In this document: one piece after another, positions 1 to 9,771 of the stretch
Position numbering within the stretch: position 1 is the stretch's first letter
Layout of the letters: each line of letters starts with the position of its first letter
Source: a virus
Taxonomy: Duplodnaviria; Caudoviricetes
Reading direction: 5' to 3' (one strand)
IMG/VR virus record: IMGVR_UViG_3300023181_000008
Coordinates: 1-53,765 of that record
DNA length: 53,765 nt
Notes under the pieces: model-generated
Databases searched by the model: none
What the model was told of the DNA's origin: nothing
What the model saw: only the letters and a program-made list of their open reading frames with translations
Translations under genes and position numbers: made by a program

Positions 1-127
1 AAACGGCTTAGTATGTATAACATTACCGCTTAAGTTGGTAGTTTGCGCCTGTACCCCTAACGATACTAAAAACGCTATTATTAATAATTTAAATTTCATA
101 TATTTAGTTTAGTGTTAATCTTCTTCT
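1..127. repeat. Terminal overlap (copy 1), identical to 53639-53765; circular assembly
   Basis: aaacggcttagt...ttcttct occurs at both ends; 127 nt matches a common assembler k-mer length. Confidence 0.95.
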
Positions 128-996
128 TTATCGGGGTCAGTAGGAAACGGCATGGCATTATCGGGTCCGATGCTGTAATTATTGATATCGCTTTGATCTC
201 CACCGTTCCATCTTGCTACAATATATCTCATTTGCCCAAAAGGATATGCATCATTGGGTTCGAAATAAAACCATCCGCCTAAAAGGTCTCCGACCTCAGC
301 AGCGTAAATCTCTTCATTGCCTACAATTGTGTTGTCTTGCCAACCATATCCTTTGTGTAAAATTTTTCGTTCAGTAAATAAAGCAGGTCTATTGTAGTAA
401 TCTACAGGGTCAACAGTAACAAACCCTGCTGCCGAATTGCTTTCGCTTGATGAATCTATTTGGCTACTTGTCATAAGCAGCTTATTCGGTGGCAAGTATT
501 TACCATCTGGATATTCTATACCCCCGGGCGAAACTAAATAGTTAACTAAGTCCTGTAACTTTATAGTTTTAGCTGAATCAATTTTAGACGCTATCTTACC
601 TGTTGTTTCATTAACGTATAGTATCTGACCATTACGACCTGTAAAGCTATCAAAAGTGTCTAAAAGTTGCTTAAACGCGTTAACGCCGGAGACACTACCG
701 ACTACGTCAACGCTTACGTAAAAATTTTCTTCAACAAGATGTGCCATTAATTCATCAACGGTAACATCTGCACCATTCATGTTTTTAGTCGGGTCTAAGT
801 TGTCTATATAATTTATAACATTCCATTGCACATCTTTAAGAAGCACACCGCCTGTTAACGTTTTGGTAGTTATGAAATTACCCAACGCTGTGCCAGTATA
901 AGCACTTGCCCCACCTCCTTGCGGGTTTAAATTACTTACATACTTCCAATACCTCGGAGATATTTTAGTTATCGTTAAACTCGTTATCTGTTCCAT
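115..996 (-). CDS. Putative virion/tail structural protein
   Basis: 293-aa ORF; lies directly upstream of the tail fibre gene across the circular junction; no motif recognised. Confidence 0.5.
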   Translation of the reverse strand: MEQITSLTITKISPRYWKYVSNLNPQGGGASAYTGTALGNFITTKTLTGGVLLKDVQWNVINYIDNLDPTKNMNGADVTVDELMAHLVEENFYVSVDVVGSVSGVNAFKQLLDTFDSFTGRNGQILYVNETTGKIASKIDSAKTIKLQDLVNYLVSPGGIEYPDGKYLPPNKLLMTSSQIDSSSESNSAAGFVTVDPVDYYNRPALFTERKILHKGYGWQDNTIVGNEEIYAAEVGDLLGGWFYFEPNDAYPFGQMRYIVARWNGGDQSDINNYSIGPDNAMPFPTDPDKEED

Positions 997-998
997 AG

Positions 999-2390
999 TT
1001 AAGGTAATTCAAATTCAAAAACATTAGAAAGCACTAAGCCGTATGTACTGCCCCCATCATCATATCTAACCCTAAAGTATTTTATCGTTCCCGATGAAGT
1101 TGGGGGTATTATGCTAAATTCAGTAGCCTGTGAGTTTGCAGGTATCGTAGTTATTCCATTTATCCATGTTACACCATCGGTAGAAACATCTACTGAATAG
1201 CCAAAGTAAAACAAAGGCGCAAAATTACGCTGTATATAAATTGTATAATATCCGTTACCTAACGGCAGTTTACGACCTGTAATATTATTTATAAATATAA
1301 CGTTAGATTTTACTTGTAAAGCATTAGACCTGGTATTTGTTGGCGGGTGGAATACGCTGTAAAAAAAGTCGTTATCTAAATAATCATAAACATTTATAGT
1401 CTTAGGGTTTTCCTGTGTTGCTAAATACCCGTTAGGCCATAACACACCATCTAAGCTCCAACTAAACACTAATTCATCATTAGGCGGTATGTTAAGCGTT
1501 TCATAAGTATATTTAACCTGATAATTATTAAGCCCATCAAGTTCGGTTAGTTCAATGCTGTAGTTAATTTCAGGGTCAGGCAAAGGTATTGGCGCATAGT
1601 CAGGATCGTATCTGTCTGCATAATTACGCAACAGAATTACTTCAGTTTGTAAGTGATTTTCAAAGCCTTCAAATCTTGGTGTGTCGGTTGGGTCTTTTTT
1701 GCCAGTCCTTATAAGATCGCTGTAAACATATTTATTCCTGAATATCGACTTAAATAGCTTTAATACCCTGGCATCAATAACATCGGTTAGCCAAATCTCA
1801 TAATCAGTAATCGATACAGCATTATTACGTTCTCTGCCTGTTGTAGTCTCGGTATAATTAGTTATACTTTCATCCTCTGATTCCTGCGAGTAGTAAATGC
1901 GAAGTTGAGTAGATAGCATTGTGTCGCTATCTTTATTTTTATAATCCCAACGGCTTGTATATTCTTTTTCGTCAGCAGTGATGTAAAAAGGGCTGCTAAA
2001 GTATTCTTCGTTATCCCCGTTAATAATCTTTAGGTATATTAGTTGCAGCCCGGCATCAAACGGTATATCTGCTAGACTCCAAACTATCTGCGGCAATCCT
2101 GTATTGGGGTCGTTAAAGTTTTCCAATACGTTAAATGCATCAGTTATATCTGCTAATTCGTTACCACACATATCATAAACAAACACATTCCAATCTTCAA
2201 GCTCTACACCATCTCGTGTATAAGTCCTTTGTATATATGGGTAATTATTTTCTAAAGTCTGCGCATCACTTAGGTTAATTGGTATTAGCTGCACCCCCGA
2301 GAAGTAATACTGATTCATTACGGGGCTGTTACGGTAGTACATAGCCTCTTCGAATGTGTGTTCTAACCGTATGAATGTAGTTTGCTGCAT
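999..2390 (-). CDS. Putative tail structural protein
   Basis: 463-aa ORF in the tail module with a beta-rich C-terminus. Confidence 0.5.
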   Translation of the reverse strand: MQQTTFIRLEHTFEEAMYYRNSPVMNQYYFSGVQLIPINLSDAQTLENNYPYIQRTYTRDGVELEDWNVFVYDMCGNELADITDAFNVLENFNDPNTGLPQIVWSLADIPFDAGLQLIYLKIINGDNEEYFSSPFYITADEKEYTSRWDYKNKDSDTMLSTQLRIYYSQESEDESITNYTETTTGRERNNAVSITDYEIWLTDVIDARVLKLFKSIFRNKYVYSDLIRTGKKDPTDTPRFEGFENHLQTEVILLRNYADRYDPDYAPIPLPDPEINYSIELTELDGLNNYQVKYTYETLNIPPNDELVFSWSLDGVLWPNGYLATQENPKTINVYDYLDNDFFYSVFHPPTNTRSNALQVKSNVIFINNITGRKLPLGNGYYTIYIQRNFAPLFYFGYSVDVSTDGVTWINGITTIPANSQATEFSIIPPTSSGTIKYFRVRYDDGGSTYGLVLSNVFEFELP

Positions 2391-2467
2391 ATTGAGCGTA
2401 AATATAAGGCTAAATAAAATAAGTTAAAAATAAATTTAATTTAGTATACTTAATTAAAATAAAGTTG

Positions 2468-2475
2468 TATATTTG
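2468..2475 (+). promoter_or_regulatory. Bacteroidota sigma70 -7 element (TATATTTG) driving plus-strand island 1
   Basis: Matches TAnnTTTG; followed by an A-rich leader and ATG at 2507. Confidence 0.75.
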
Positions 2476-2506
2476 TACTCAGATAACAACAACAAAACAA
2501 TTTATT

Positions 2507-2752
2507 ATGACAACTACAGCAATGAATACTTTAGATACACTTTTCCCTTTTACTGATAAAGAAATCCGTTTTTTAAACGCAGAAGCTTCTTTACTTGAAG
2601 TAAGCAAGGATGATATTAACCTTAGTGATTACTTATCTGTAAAGGCTTTAAGTCTATACGAAGAGCGAAAAAATAAAGGACAATATCCATTTACTTTAAA
2701 ATATATGCTTGGCAGGTCTTACTTTTTAATGAACGGTAAACTATTAGCTTAG
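2507..2752 (+). CDS. Hypothetical early protein (start moved to MTTTAMN)
   Basis: The track's TTG start overlaps the promoter; ATG at 2507 follows an A-rich leader. Confidence 0.6.
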   Translation: MTTTAMNTLDTLFPFTDKEIRFLNAEASLLEVSKDDINLSDYLSVKALSLYEERKNKGQYPFTLKYMLGRSYFLMNGKLLA

Positions 2753-2913
2753 TGAGTAATTATAATCATGCTTTATTTATTCTTAAAGAGGAAAAAAGGC
2801 AATTGGAAACAATTTTAAAATCATGGAAATCTTTACACCATGAGGAAGCTAAAAAAGTAAGAGAAACAAAATTAAAGGATTTAAACGAAGCAATTAAAAA
2901 ACTTGAATTATGA
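2752..2913 (+). CDS. Small coiled-coil hypothetical protein (53 aa, not in ORF track)
   Basis: GTG overlaps the upstream TAG and the TGA overlaps the next ATG (ATGA). Confidence 0.6.
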   Translation: MSNYNHALFILKEEKRQLETILKSWKSLHHEEAKKVRETKLKDLNEAIKKLEL

Positions 2914-3206
2914 AAAATATAAAAAAAGGCGATATTGTAAATGTTAGGGTTGATAAGGATGGACATTTCAAAGAGATACATAATGCTATTGTAAAAGAAG
3001 TATATAATTACTCAAATTTCACTGAATTACATATTGTAAGGTGCGACAATACTACAATCGAGGGAAATATGGGATTTATGGGGGTTGACGGTAGATATAA
3101 TATTGATTTGGTAAGCTTGTCAAATAATAATATACAGTATTGTTATAAAGACAGAAAAGAAGTCAAAACTATGGTTTGTAAATGTCCTGGTATTTGTAGA
3201 GATTAA
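2910..3206 (+). CDS. Hypothetical protein
   Basis: Translationally coupled ORF in the island. Confidence 0.6.
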   Translation: MKNIKKGDIVNVRVDKDGHFKEIHNAIVKEVYNYSNFTELHIVRCDNTTIEGNMGFMGVDGRYNIDLVSLSNNNIQYCYKDRKEVKTMVCKCPGICRD

Positions 3207-3248
3207 ACTAACCATGGGCGGTTAATAATAAAAAAAACAACAACAACC

Positions 3249-3443
3249 ATGAGAACAATAGATTTAGTAGAAAGACAATTAGCGATAGCGGTTAAAAAAG
3301 GTCAACCAAGAGTTGCTAAAAATTTAGAAGCTGAATTAGCTGAACTCAGAGCTAATAGACCTGCTACTGTAGCATTATATCCGGCCAAACAATTCAATGA
3401 TACTTTAGATAACCGTGCAGCGTTTGCATTTTATAATTCTTAG
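3249..3443 (+). CDS. Hypothetical protein
   Basis: ORF with a strong A-rich leader. Confidence 0.65.
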   Translation: MRTIDLVERQLAIAVKKGQPRVAKNLEAELAELRANRPATVALYPAKQFNDTLDNRAAFAFYNS

Positions 3444-3445
3444 TT

Positions 3446-3691
3446 ATGTCAATTTACATTTATACAGGTAGGTCTAATGAATTAGATCACAATCAACAAA
3501 GCAATAACCCTAATCCATTTCAAGCAGTTAAGGTTAAATTAGACTGTAATGGACACTTTATATTGCCTGAGTTTAGATTCATGCTTAACGGTGTAAAACA
3601 GAAGTTTCATCCATGCAACTTTAGAGAAGCAACATTTACTGAAAAAATAATTTTTAAGCTATTAAAAAATGAGCAGGATAAAGTTGCATAA
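3446..3691 (+). CDS. Hypothetical protein
   Basis: Tightly packed ORF. Confidence 0.55.
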   Translation: MSIYIYTGRSNELDHNQQSNNPNPFQAVKVKLDCNGHFILPEFRFMLNGVKQKFHPCNFREATFTEKIIFKLLKNEQDKVA

Positions 3692-3866
3692 CGATGGTGT
3701 TAACGAAATAGTCTTTAAACCATCTACCAAAAAGGTAGTAATAGGCATTGATATACATTCATGGCACAAAGCAAAATACATATCTTTTAAAGCTACTACA
3801 CAAGAGGAAGCGTTAAAAATAGGCAAACAGTATGTAAATAAAAAAAGCCAATTAAAGATAGCTTAA
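3669..3866 (+). CDS. Hypothetical protein
   Basis: Tightly packed ORF. Confidence 0.55.
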   Translation: MSRIKLHNDGVNEIVFKPSTKKVVIGIDIHSWHKAKYISFKATTQEEALKIGKQYVNKKSQLKIA

Positions 3867-3868
3867 CC

Positions 3869-4252
3869 ATGTACATAGTAAACCACTACCCAAATTTAGG
3901 CGCTACTGAGGTTGTAGAGATACAAAACCCCGATAACCTTGAACTATTTATTAACGCCAATACACTTGATGTATGGGAAAATAACCCTTTTTATAATATG
4001 AGAAAAATTGGAATCTCAGTTATTACTAAAACCAAAGAAGATTACGAAAAAGTACAGGTATTCTTAACTAAAAAAGTAGCCTATATAGATTGGGCTCCTC
4101 AAATGGAACATACCGAAACTGCAATAGTTTTAAAAGCCAATAAAAACTCCGATTTTAGTTCGGGCTCTGTTGGTTCTGCCGAGTATCAAAGATCATGTGG
4201 TATTGTTACTTTGCCTTTTATAGAAAACCTTTCAGAATACTTAATTAACTAA
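3869..4252 (+). CDS. Hypothetical protein
   Basis: Tightly packed ORF. Confidence 0.6.
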   Translation: MYIVNHYPNLGATEVVEIQNPDNLELFINANTLDVWENNPFYNMRKIGISVITKTKEDYEKVQVFLTKKVAYIDWAPQMEHTETAIVLKANKNSDFSSGSVGSAEYQRSCGIVTLPFIENLSEYLIN

Positions 4253-4398
4253 TGAAAAACACTAACCCAAAAGGCGCGGGACGACCTAAAAAATACGATG
4301 AAGAATCGGCACATATCCAATTCAAGGTTCCCGCGTCAAAATCAGAACATATAGTAAAAGTTATTAACCGGTACTTAGATAAATTTAGGAAGAAATGA
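4252..4398 (+). CDS. Small DNA-binding protein (GAGRPK motif plus ribbon-helix-helix-like part, 48 aa; not in ORF track)
   Basis: MKNTNPKGAGRPKKYDEESAHIQFKVPASKSEHIVKVINRYL...; TAATG and ATGA coupling at its two ends. Confidence 0.65.
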   Translation: MKNTNPKGAGRPKKYDEESAHIQFKVPASKSEHIVKVINRYLDKFRKK

Positions 4399-4727
4399 CA
4401 GAACAATTAATAAGCTTTGATACGGCTGTATTAGCGAAAAGAAAAGGACTTAGTATTAAGACTGAAATGACATACGAATACGGGGGTCACATAGTTCACA
4501 AATCATGGCTTCCTGTTAAATCAAATCCTTTTTTGCCATGTTGTACTCAAAGCCTTTTACAAAAGTGGCTTAGGGAAACACACGATATTAAATTATGTGT
4601 ATCATGGACTGATAATGATAAATACCTTTTTGAAATAAACCATAAGCAAGATGGTATGTCAGGGTTCGATACCTACGAAGAAGCTTTAGAAGATGGATTA
4701 GTTTACGCATTACAATTAATAAAATAA
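4395..4727 (+). CDS. Hypothetical phage protein
   Basis: TQSLLQKWLRE...TYEEALE pattern, which I recall from Bacteroidota phages. Confidence 0.65.
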   Translation: MTEQLISFDTAVLAKRKGLSIKTEMTYEYGGHIVHKSWLPVKSNPFLPCCTQSLLQKWLRETHDIKLCVSWTDNDKYLFEINHKQDGMSGFDTYEEALEDGLVYALQLIK

Positions 4728-4731
4728 AATC

Positions 4732-5124
4732 ATGAGCAGAGAAATAAAATTTAGGTCTTTTGATAAAGTTAGAAAGATGTTTGTGCCACAAGGCGAAATT
4801 GTTTTTTATAACTATGGAGAAAACTATATAGGTGTAATACCTAATTGCCAAGAATACTGTTATGTTGAATACAAACAGGACGATTTCGTAGTTGACCAAT
4901 TCACAAGCTTGCAAGACAAAAACGGTGTAGATATTTATGAGGGCGATATTGTTAAAGTTAGAGGCACTAAAAGAATTGGAGTATATATAACAGAGGTTAT
5001 TTTTTCAGCTCCATGTTTTATGCTTAAAATAAACAATACATATTTAACAGATGTTTCTTCTTTACGTTTTTGTGAAGTAATCGGAAACATACATCAAAAC
5101 CCTGAACTTTTGAATCATGAGTAA
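4732..5124 (+). CDS. YopX family protein
   Basis: MSREIKFR...QFTSLQDKNGVDIYEGDIV...EVIGNIHQNPELL. Confidence 0.9.
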   Translation: MSREIKFRSFDKVRKMFVPQGEIVFYNYGENYIGVIPNCQEYCYVEYKQDDFVVDQFTSLQDKNGVDIYEGDIVKVRGTKRIGVYITEVIFSAPCFMLKINNTYLTDVSSLRFCEVIGNIHQNPELLNHE

Positions 5125-5329
5125 ACTACTATTCAACAGTGAAGAAAGGATGATGCTAAGGTTTTATCCCGAGACATTAACAGGCGCGCTTTTAAATCTA
5201 AAATTAGCCGGTTTAATATTTGAAAGAGTGATATATAGAGAAAGCAAAATACAGTGGGCTTTATATAAGCTATTTCCGCCTAAAAAATCATTAGTTCAAC
5301 TTGGTGTAAGAAAAGATAAACATGAGTAA
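5117..5329 (+). CDS. Hypothetical protein
   Basis: Coupled ORF. Confidence 0.5.
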   Translation: MSKLLFNSEERMMLRFYPETLTGALLNLKLAGLIFERVIYRESKIQWALYKLFPPKKSLVQLGVRKDKHE

Positions 5330-5645
5330 AGTAATAATAAAATTAGCCGACATAGAATTTATAGTAGGACAAGAATACGAATTTTCAGATGTGCTGCAGT
5401 CAGAAAAGGAATTTAAAGTAGAATGGGTTAAAGGTGTACTAGGAGGTTATTGCCCACACCCATATAGCGCTAATTCTTTTGTGTCTGATACAAACCAATG
5501 TTTTTACTATTGCAGGCACATTAATCCACTCAATGATGCCATAGACCACATAAATTACCTTATCATGCATAAATATAGAATGCAAAATAACATTAAGGAT
5601 GATTTAAAAGGCATTGTAAAAATGATTACCTTAACTACTTCATAA
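5322..5645 (+). CDS. Hypothetical protein
   Basis: Coupled ORF, last in island 1. Confidence 0.55.
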   Translation: MSKVIIKLADIEFIVGQEYEFSDVLQSEKEFKVEWVKGVLGGYCPHPYSANSFVSDTNQCFYYCRHINPLNDAIDHINYLIMHKYRMQNNIKDDLKGIVKMITLTTS

Positions 5646-5667
5646 GGTTAAATATTAAGGGCAAATT

Positions 5668-5698
5668 AAACCACTCCATAATAAGAGTGGTTTTTTTT
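5668..5698 (+). terminator. Intrinsic terminator between convergent genes (possibly bidirectional)
   Basis: AAACCACTC-cataataa-GAGTGGTTT followed by a T run. Confidence 0.8.
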
Positions 5699-8312
5699 AT
5701 ATATATAAGGCATATTCCATTAAGGCACTACTTAACGCCTCGCTGCTTTCAAATACACCTGAATTGTTTATCTGTACCCTATCGTAACGCACTTTGAATA
5801 ACATTAATCCCGTAACATCGAATATTGTTATTTCGCCAAATTCATCGGTGCTAAACTTAATCCCGGCAGGCTGTATTTCATCGTTTAATATAATAGTACC
5901 CCCCGATGCCCATATTTTAAGTAAAAACTGTTCGTATTTCTCTTTTACCACGCAATCAAATGTACCAATCATTTCGTCAACCTCATAATCGCCTGGTTTA
6001 ATTGGCAGCCACGCACCCTCTTTTATGTAGCCTTTAACAGGTAGGTTTGTAACAGGATCGTAAACTTGGATATATCCCGCTTCCGACACTACAGCGTCAC
6101 GCATACGGATAAATTCGGCTAAACTCATAACAATGCCTGTGTTTATTAAGAAAGGCGTTAATATCGCTCCTGTAGGCGTAAAGTTGCCACCCTCTACAAT
6201 AGTAGGTAAATCCCTAAACTGTGTGGTTGCTGTTGGGTTGAATTCGTATTTAGTAACGTTAACTGGCTGTCCTTTTTTAAACATGCAGTTCGTGGCAAGT
6301 TCCTCTTTGTATCGCTCTTGTGTAATACGGCCTATTGTATCGACTAAATTAGCGAAGTTATCGCCATCCGATATGTTTTCTATAAGTCCAAACTCTTCGT
6401 TAGTTCGATTAGTTAAAGTAACACTTGGGTCTACATAGTAAACAAACGTTGTGTTTTCTTCTTCTATGTTTACAGGGGTTACACCAATTGCTAAAAGCGT
6501 TAATACTTTAGGCGTTACTTCCTGTACTGAATATAGCCCTAAATTGTCTCCTGTACCTATTACGAATGTAGAACCAACGTAAACACCCAATTGCGCCCAA
6601 CTAAATGTGCTATCGGTTGTAAGCCTTAATATATTGCCGTTTGCCCTGTGTTGTAGTGTGGCTGTTTCTTTGTATTGAGTGCCTGGCGGTAATGGCACGC
6701 AATCAATAATAACAATCTTACCATCATCCTGTGTTGTGGTGTTTTCGCTAATCTCCTGCGACTTGCTTTGCATATCAGCTATTAGGAACGGATCTGCAAT
6801 AAATTCTATAGTGGATTCCCGCGTATTTGTTACATGAGTATTAGGCAGTTTAATTTCAATATTACCATGTACAATATCATAACTATTACCTTTTTCGTTC
6901 TCCTTTTGGGCGGCATAGTTTGAGTACGAAAGCTTAAATAGGTTGCAGGCATATTCAGGGTTTATGTCCCTGCTAAACTCTCCTGATTGCTCATTATAAG
7001 AACCTATGAAGTAATCCCTGTAGTGGTCACGATAAGCCGCTTTAATCTCAACTATGTTGCCGTTTAACTGATAGTCGCCATTTGACCACGGAACGATTAA
7101 CCCCTCAATTAGCTGCTTACATGTCATGTTAAACGGCTTATCTGTAAGTCCACGCATCAATGGAGCTGTAGTAAGGTATCTATTGTAATATTCTCCCTGC
7201 GTGTCTAACCTTGGCGCGGATATATCTACGCCCGATGCCGATTTAACTGTATATCTTGCGGCATCAATAAGCCTGACTACTTTTACTAAGGTATTACGTC
7301 CAACCCCTTTAGTAGTTATTTCCATTGTGTCAGCGCTAAACTCAATTAAAGAGTTGCTTACAGGTGTTGCGCCAGGTGTTGAAAACGGTTGAAATACGCT
7401 AATCTGAATCCATATTTTGCCTGTAGTCTGTATTAAAGGCAATGGCACGGTATAATCCTGATTAATTATGTTTACGTTAGCTGTAGTGTCTAAAAGTGTA
7501 ACCGATTCAAATTCGCCCGTTACATAGCTAATGCCGTAATTTACTTTTATTTGGGTACGCACATTAAAACCCGATGTACTTACGCCTAAATTAAGACCTT
7601 TAATGGTTATTACGGTATCGTTAAGGTTTGTTTTAGCGCGTATGTAAGTCTGTTGGTCGCGTATGGTTTGGTATTCTGATTCAGGCGCAGGATGGTTAGT
7701 AACGGCAAAGTTCTCAAACGGAACATTAGTATCTTTAATATCAGATAATACCAGTTCGTTAAATGGTGCTATAAATGCAGCATCCTGACCGTAACCCTGA
7801 AAACTACGGCTTATCGGTTCTCCGCTAAATTTCCATGAGCTTGTGGCGGTAACAGGCTTAGCTTTTAATAGTATCGTATCGGTTTGCACCCTGTTTATAG
7901 GATTGCCCTTAGTATCTGTATCGTTAAACAAATTTGTAGTAACCTCGTAATTCTCTTTAAATTCGCTGTTTACCTGTACAAAAACAACCTCGGCACTTTC
8001 GTAGTTATGGCTAAAACGTTCCATATCGGCACGCAGCACTATTTCGCTGCCGTTGCCTAAGTCTATATTGTAGTATATCTCTGCCTGATGCCCGTAAACT
8101 TTAAACTCGTGGATCCATATATCTAAGTGGTGTTTAGGGAAGCGTTGTAGCGTATAGCTTGCTTCTCCGTTACCTGAATAGAATGTATCTACTCCTTTTC
8201 TACCATCTGGGCGCGATATGGTAAAACCCACTGAATCCCACCCTGTAGGCTCGTCAGCTTCTTTTTTACCAAACCCCGATGTTACGAATGTGAAAAAATG
8301 TTTTATAGGCAT
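5697..8312 (-). CDS. Large tail/baseplate structural protein
   Basis: 871 aa; next minus-strand gene after the tape measure gene. Confidence 0.6.
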   Translation of the reverse strand: MPIKHFFTFVTSGFGKKEADEPTGWDSVGFTISRPDGRKGVDTFYSGNGEASYTLQRFPKHHLDIWIHEFKVYGHQAEIYYNIDLGNGSEIVLRADMERFSHNYESAEVVFVQVNSEFKENYEVTTNLFNDTDTKGNPINRVQTDTILLKAKPVTATSSWKFSGEPISRSFQGYGQDAAFIAPFNELVLSDIKDTNVPFENFAVTNHPAPESEYQTIRDQQTYIRAKTNLNDTVITIKGLNLGVSTSGFNVRTQIKVNYGISYVTGEFESVTLLDTTANVNIINQDYTVPLPLIQTTGKIWIQISVFQPFSTPGATPVSNSLIEFSADTMEITTKGVGRNTLVKVVRLIDAARYTVKSASGVDISAPRLDTQGEYYNRYLTTAPLMRGLTDKPFNMTCKQLIEGLIVPWSNGDYQLNGNIVEIKAAYRDHYRDYFIGSYNEQSGEFSRDINPEYACNLFKLSYSNYAAQKENEKGNSYDIVHGNIEIKLPNTHVTNTRESTIEFIADPFLIADMQSKSQEISENTTTQDDGKIVIIDCVPLPPGTQYKETATLQHRANGNILRLTTDSTFSWAQLGVYVGSTFVIGTGDNLGLYSVQEVTPKVLTLLAIGVTPVNIEEENTTFVYYVDPSVTLTNRTNEEFGLIENISDGDNFANLVDTIGRITQERYKEELATNCMFKKGQPVNVTKYEFNPTATTQFRDLPTIVEGGNFTPTGAILTPFLINTGIVMSLAEFIRMRDAVVSEAGYIQVYDPVTNLPVKGYIKEGAWLPIKPGDYEVDEMIGTFDCVVKEKYEQFLLKIWASGGTIILNDEIQPAGIKFSTDEFGEITIFDVTGLMLFKVRYDRVQINNSGVFESSEALSSALMEYALYI

Positions 8313-8316
8313 AGTG

Positions 8317-8324
8317 CAAATATA
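8317..8324 (-). promoter_or_regulatory. -7 promoter element (TATATTTG) 4 nt upstream of ATG at 8312
   Basis: Minus strand reads TATATTTG-CACT-ATG. Confidence 0.7.
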
Positions 8325-8336
8325 ATAAATATGTTG

Positions 8337-8456
8337 TAAGTTTGCTCCGTTGCCTTCTCACATTATCGCAACCAAAAAACATTATACGAACCCGTATATG
8401 AAGCAGACGTGAGAAGCTGTGGATTATACGGGTTTCTTATTTTATATTTTTAAGCT
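8337..8456 (+). ncRNA. Promoter (TAAGTTTG) plus kissing-loop leader RNA, copy A
   Basis: P1 GTTGC/GCAAC with loop CTTCTCAC (8354-8361); P2 AACCCGTATA/TATACGGGTT with UGAA/GGAU internal loop and apical loop GTGAGAAG (8409-8416); U-rich tail. Confidence 0.7.
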
Positions 8457-8792
8457 ATGGCAGGACATAAAAAAATACGTGATTTCTATATTCATACATG
8501 GGAATTGATTGGAGATAATAAATCCACTATCCAATTTATATACGAGCCTAAAGATTTTCAAGTTGAATATTGGGATTGGTATATCATTGTAGCTTTAGAA
8601 AAAGCTGATAAAGTAAAAGAAAATCGAGAGCAGCTTACTTCATCTTTGCTATTGGCGTACCGTTGGGCAATACGTGAGTGTTATAATCATCAACTCGACA
8701 GTTACATGAATAGATATGATTACCCTCGAAATAAAAATACTATAGAAGGTATTAAAGGATACATAAAACTAATTGAACTTAAATCAAAATGA
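8457..8792 (+). CDS. Hypothetical protein
   Basis: First gene of plus-strand island 2. Confidence 0.65.
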   Translation: MAGHKKIRDFYIHTWELIGDNKSTIQFIYEPKDFQVEYWDWYIIVALEKADKVKENREQLTSSLLLAYRWAIRECYNHQLDSYMNRYDYPRNKNTIEGIKGYIKLIELKSK

Positions 8793-9133
8793 CAATAGAA
8801 CAAATACCATCAGACGAGTTAACGGCAATGACAGATACTTTTTATAAAGCTTTTAAGGCTTCGGGTTGTAAACCTCGTTGCCATTGCTGTTCTAAAGAAA
8901 TTAAAACAAACAATTTTTTTAAATTAGGAACTGTAGTTAATGCGCCTAAAATAGATAGCGTTTCATCAGGGTATAGTAAGTGGCAAGAAACTGAAAGTAG
9001 AGAAGTAATGCTATGTGATGAATGTAGTGTAGATGATTATAACAACATGAGTGTTGAGGCTATTAAAAGTTACGAAGAATACCGAAAAAAGGGAGGCGGT
9101 TGTTTTAGGGTTAACGGAAAAATAATACATTAA
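8789..9133 (+). CDS. Hypothetical protein with Cys motifs (CHCC...CDEC), possibly Zn-binding
   Basis: CxxC pairs. Confidence 0.6.
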   Translation: MTIEQIPSDELTAMTDTFYKAFKASGCKPRCHCCSKEIKTNNFFKLGTVVNAPKIDSVSSGYSKWQETESREVMLCDECSVDDYNNMSVEAIKSYEEYRKKGGGCFRVNGKIIH

Positions 9134-9135
9134 TC

Positions 9136-9360
9136 ATGAAATACGACAGATACGAAAAACACTACCTTTCAACCGAAGGGTATTATTTTAAATACAGGAC
9201 AGATAACAATGACAGCACTATCGTTCGCGCTACACTTTATAACGATAACGGAGAACGCGTTGATGATGTAATGGTTAGCGCAGGCTGGGGACTTCCTGGA
9301 AAATCACAGCACGATGTTATAAATCACTTTGAATCACGAATATTTTTAAAACAGATTTAA
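9136..9360 (+). CDS. Hypothetical protein
   Basis: Packed ORF. Confidence 0.55.
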   Translation: MKYDRYEKHYLSTEGYYFKYRTDNNDSTIVRATLYNDNGERVDDVMVSAGWGLPGKSQHDVINHFESRIFLKQI

Positions 9361-9362
9361 CC

Positions 9363-9764
9363 ATGTTAGAAAACACATTAGAGAACAAGAGCCGCTTTAT
9401 GGCAAATTATTGGATGCAGAGAGTTTTATGCTTTAACGACGAAAATCAATACGTAATGGGTGAATGCTATTACGTAGATGGTAGTGTAGATGATTATATA
9501 TTCTTAGAACTAACCCCGCTATCTGCGATTACAGATGAAGATGCTATTGAGGTGGCTAAGATACTCAATGAAACCGTAAGGAATGATAGGTACAAAGAGG
9601 TAATTATTGACTATTTCGATGGGCACTTTGAAACCACAAATAGTAACAGAAAATGGCAAATTATGCATGTTACAGACTACCTACGCAGCAAATCTTACGC
9701 GTTGCCTTGGATGGGATTATCGGTTGAGGATTTAGTAAATTACGGATGGGTTAAACTTAAATAA
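9363..9764 (+). CDS. Hypothetical phage protein (paralog of 41207-41590)
   Basis: ENTLENKSRFMANYWMQRV...L+.LS.ITDED...YLRSKSY. Confidence 0.7.
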   Translation: MLENTLENKSRFMANYWMQRVLCFNDENQYVMGECYYVDGSVDDYIFLELTPLSAITDEDAIEVAKILNETVRNDRYKEVIIDYFDGHFETTNSNRKWQIMHVTDYLRSKSYALPWMGLSVEDLVNYGWVKLK

Positions 9765-9771
9765 ATTTAAA

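Noticed and set aside
1-127. 127-bp exact terminal repeat as a biological direct terminal repeat
   Set aside because: The length equals a common assembler k-mer and the repeat cuts through the tail fibre gene start; best read as circular-contig overlap.
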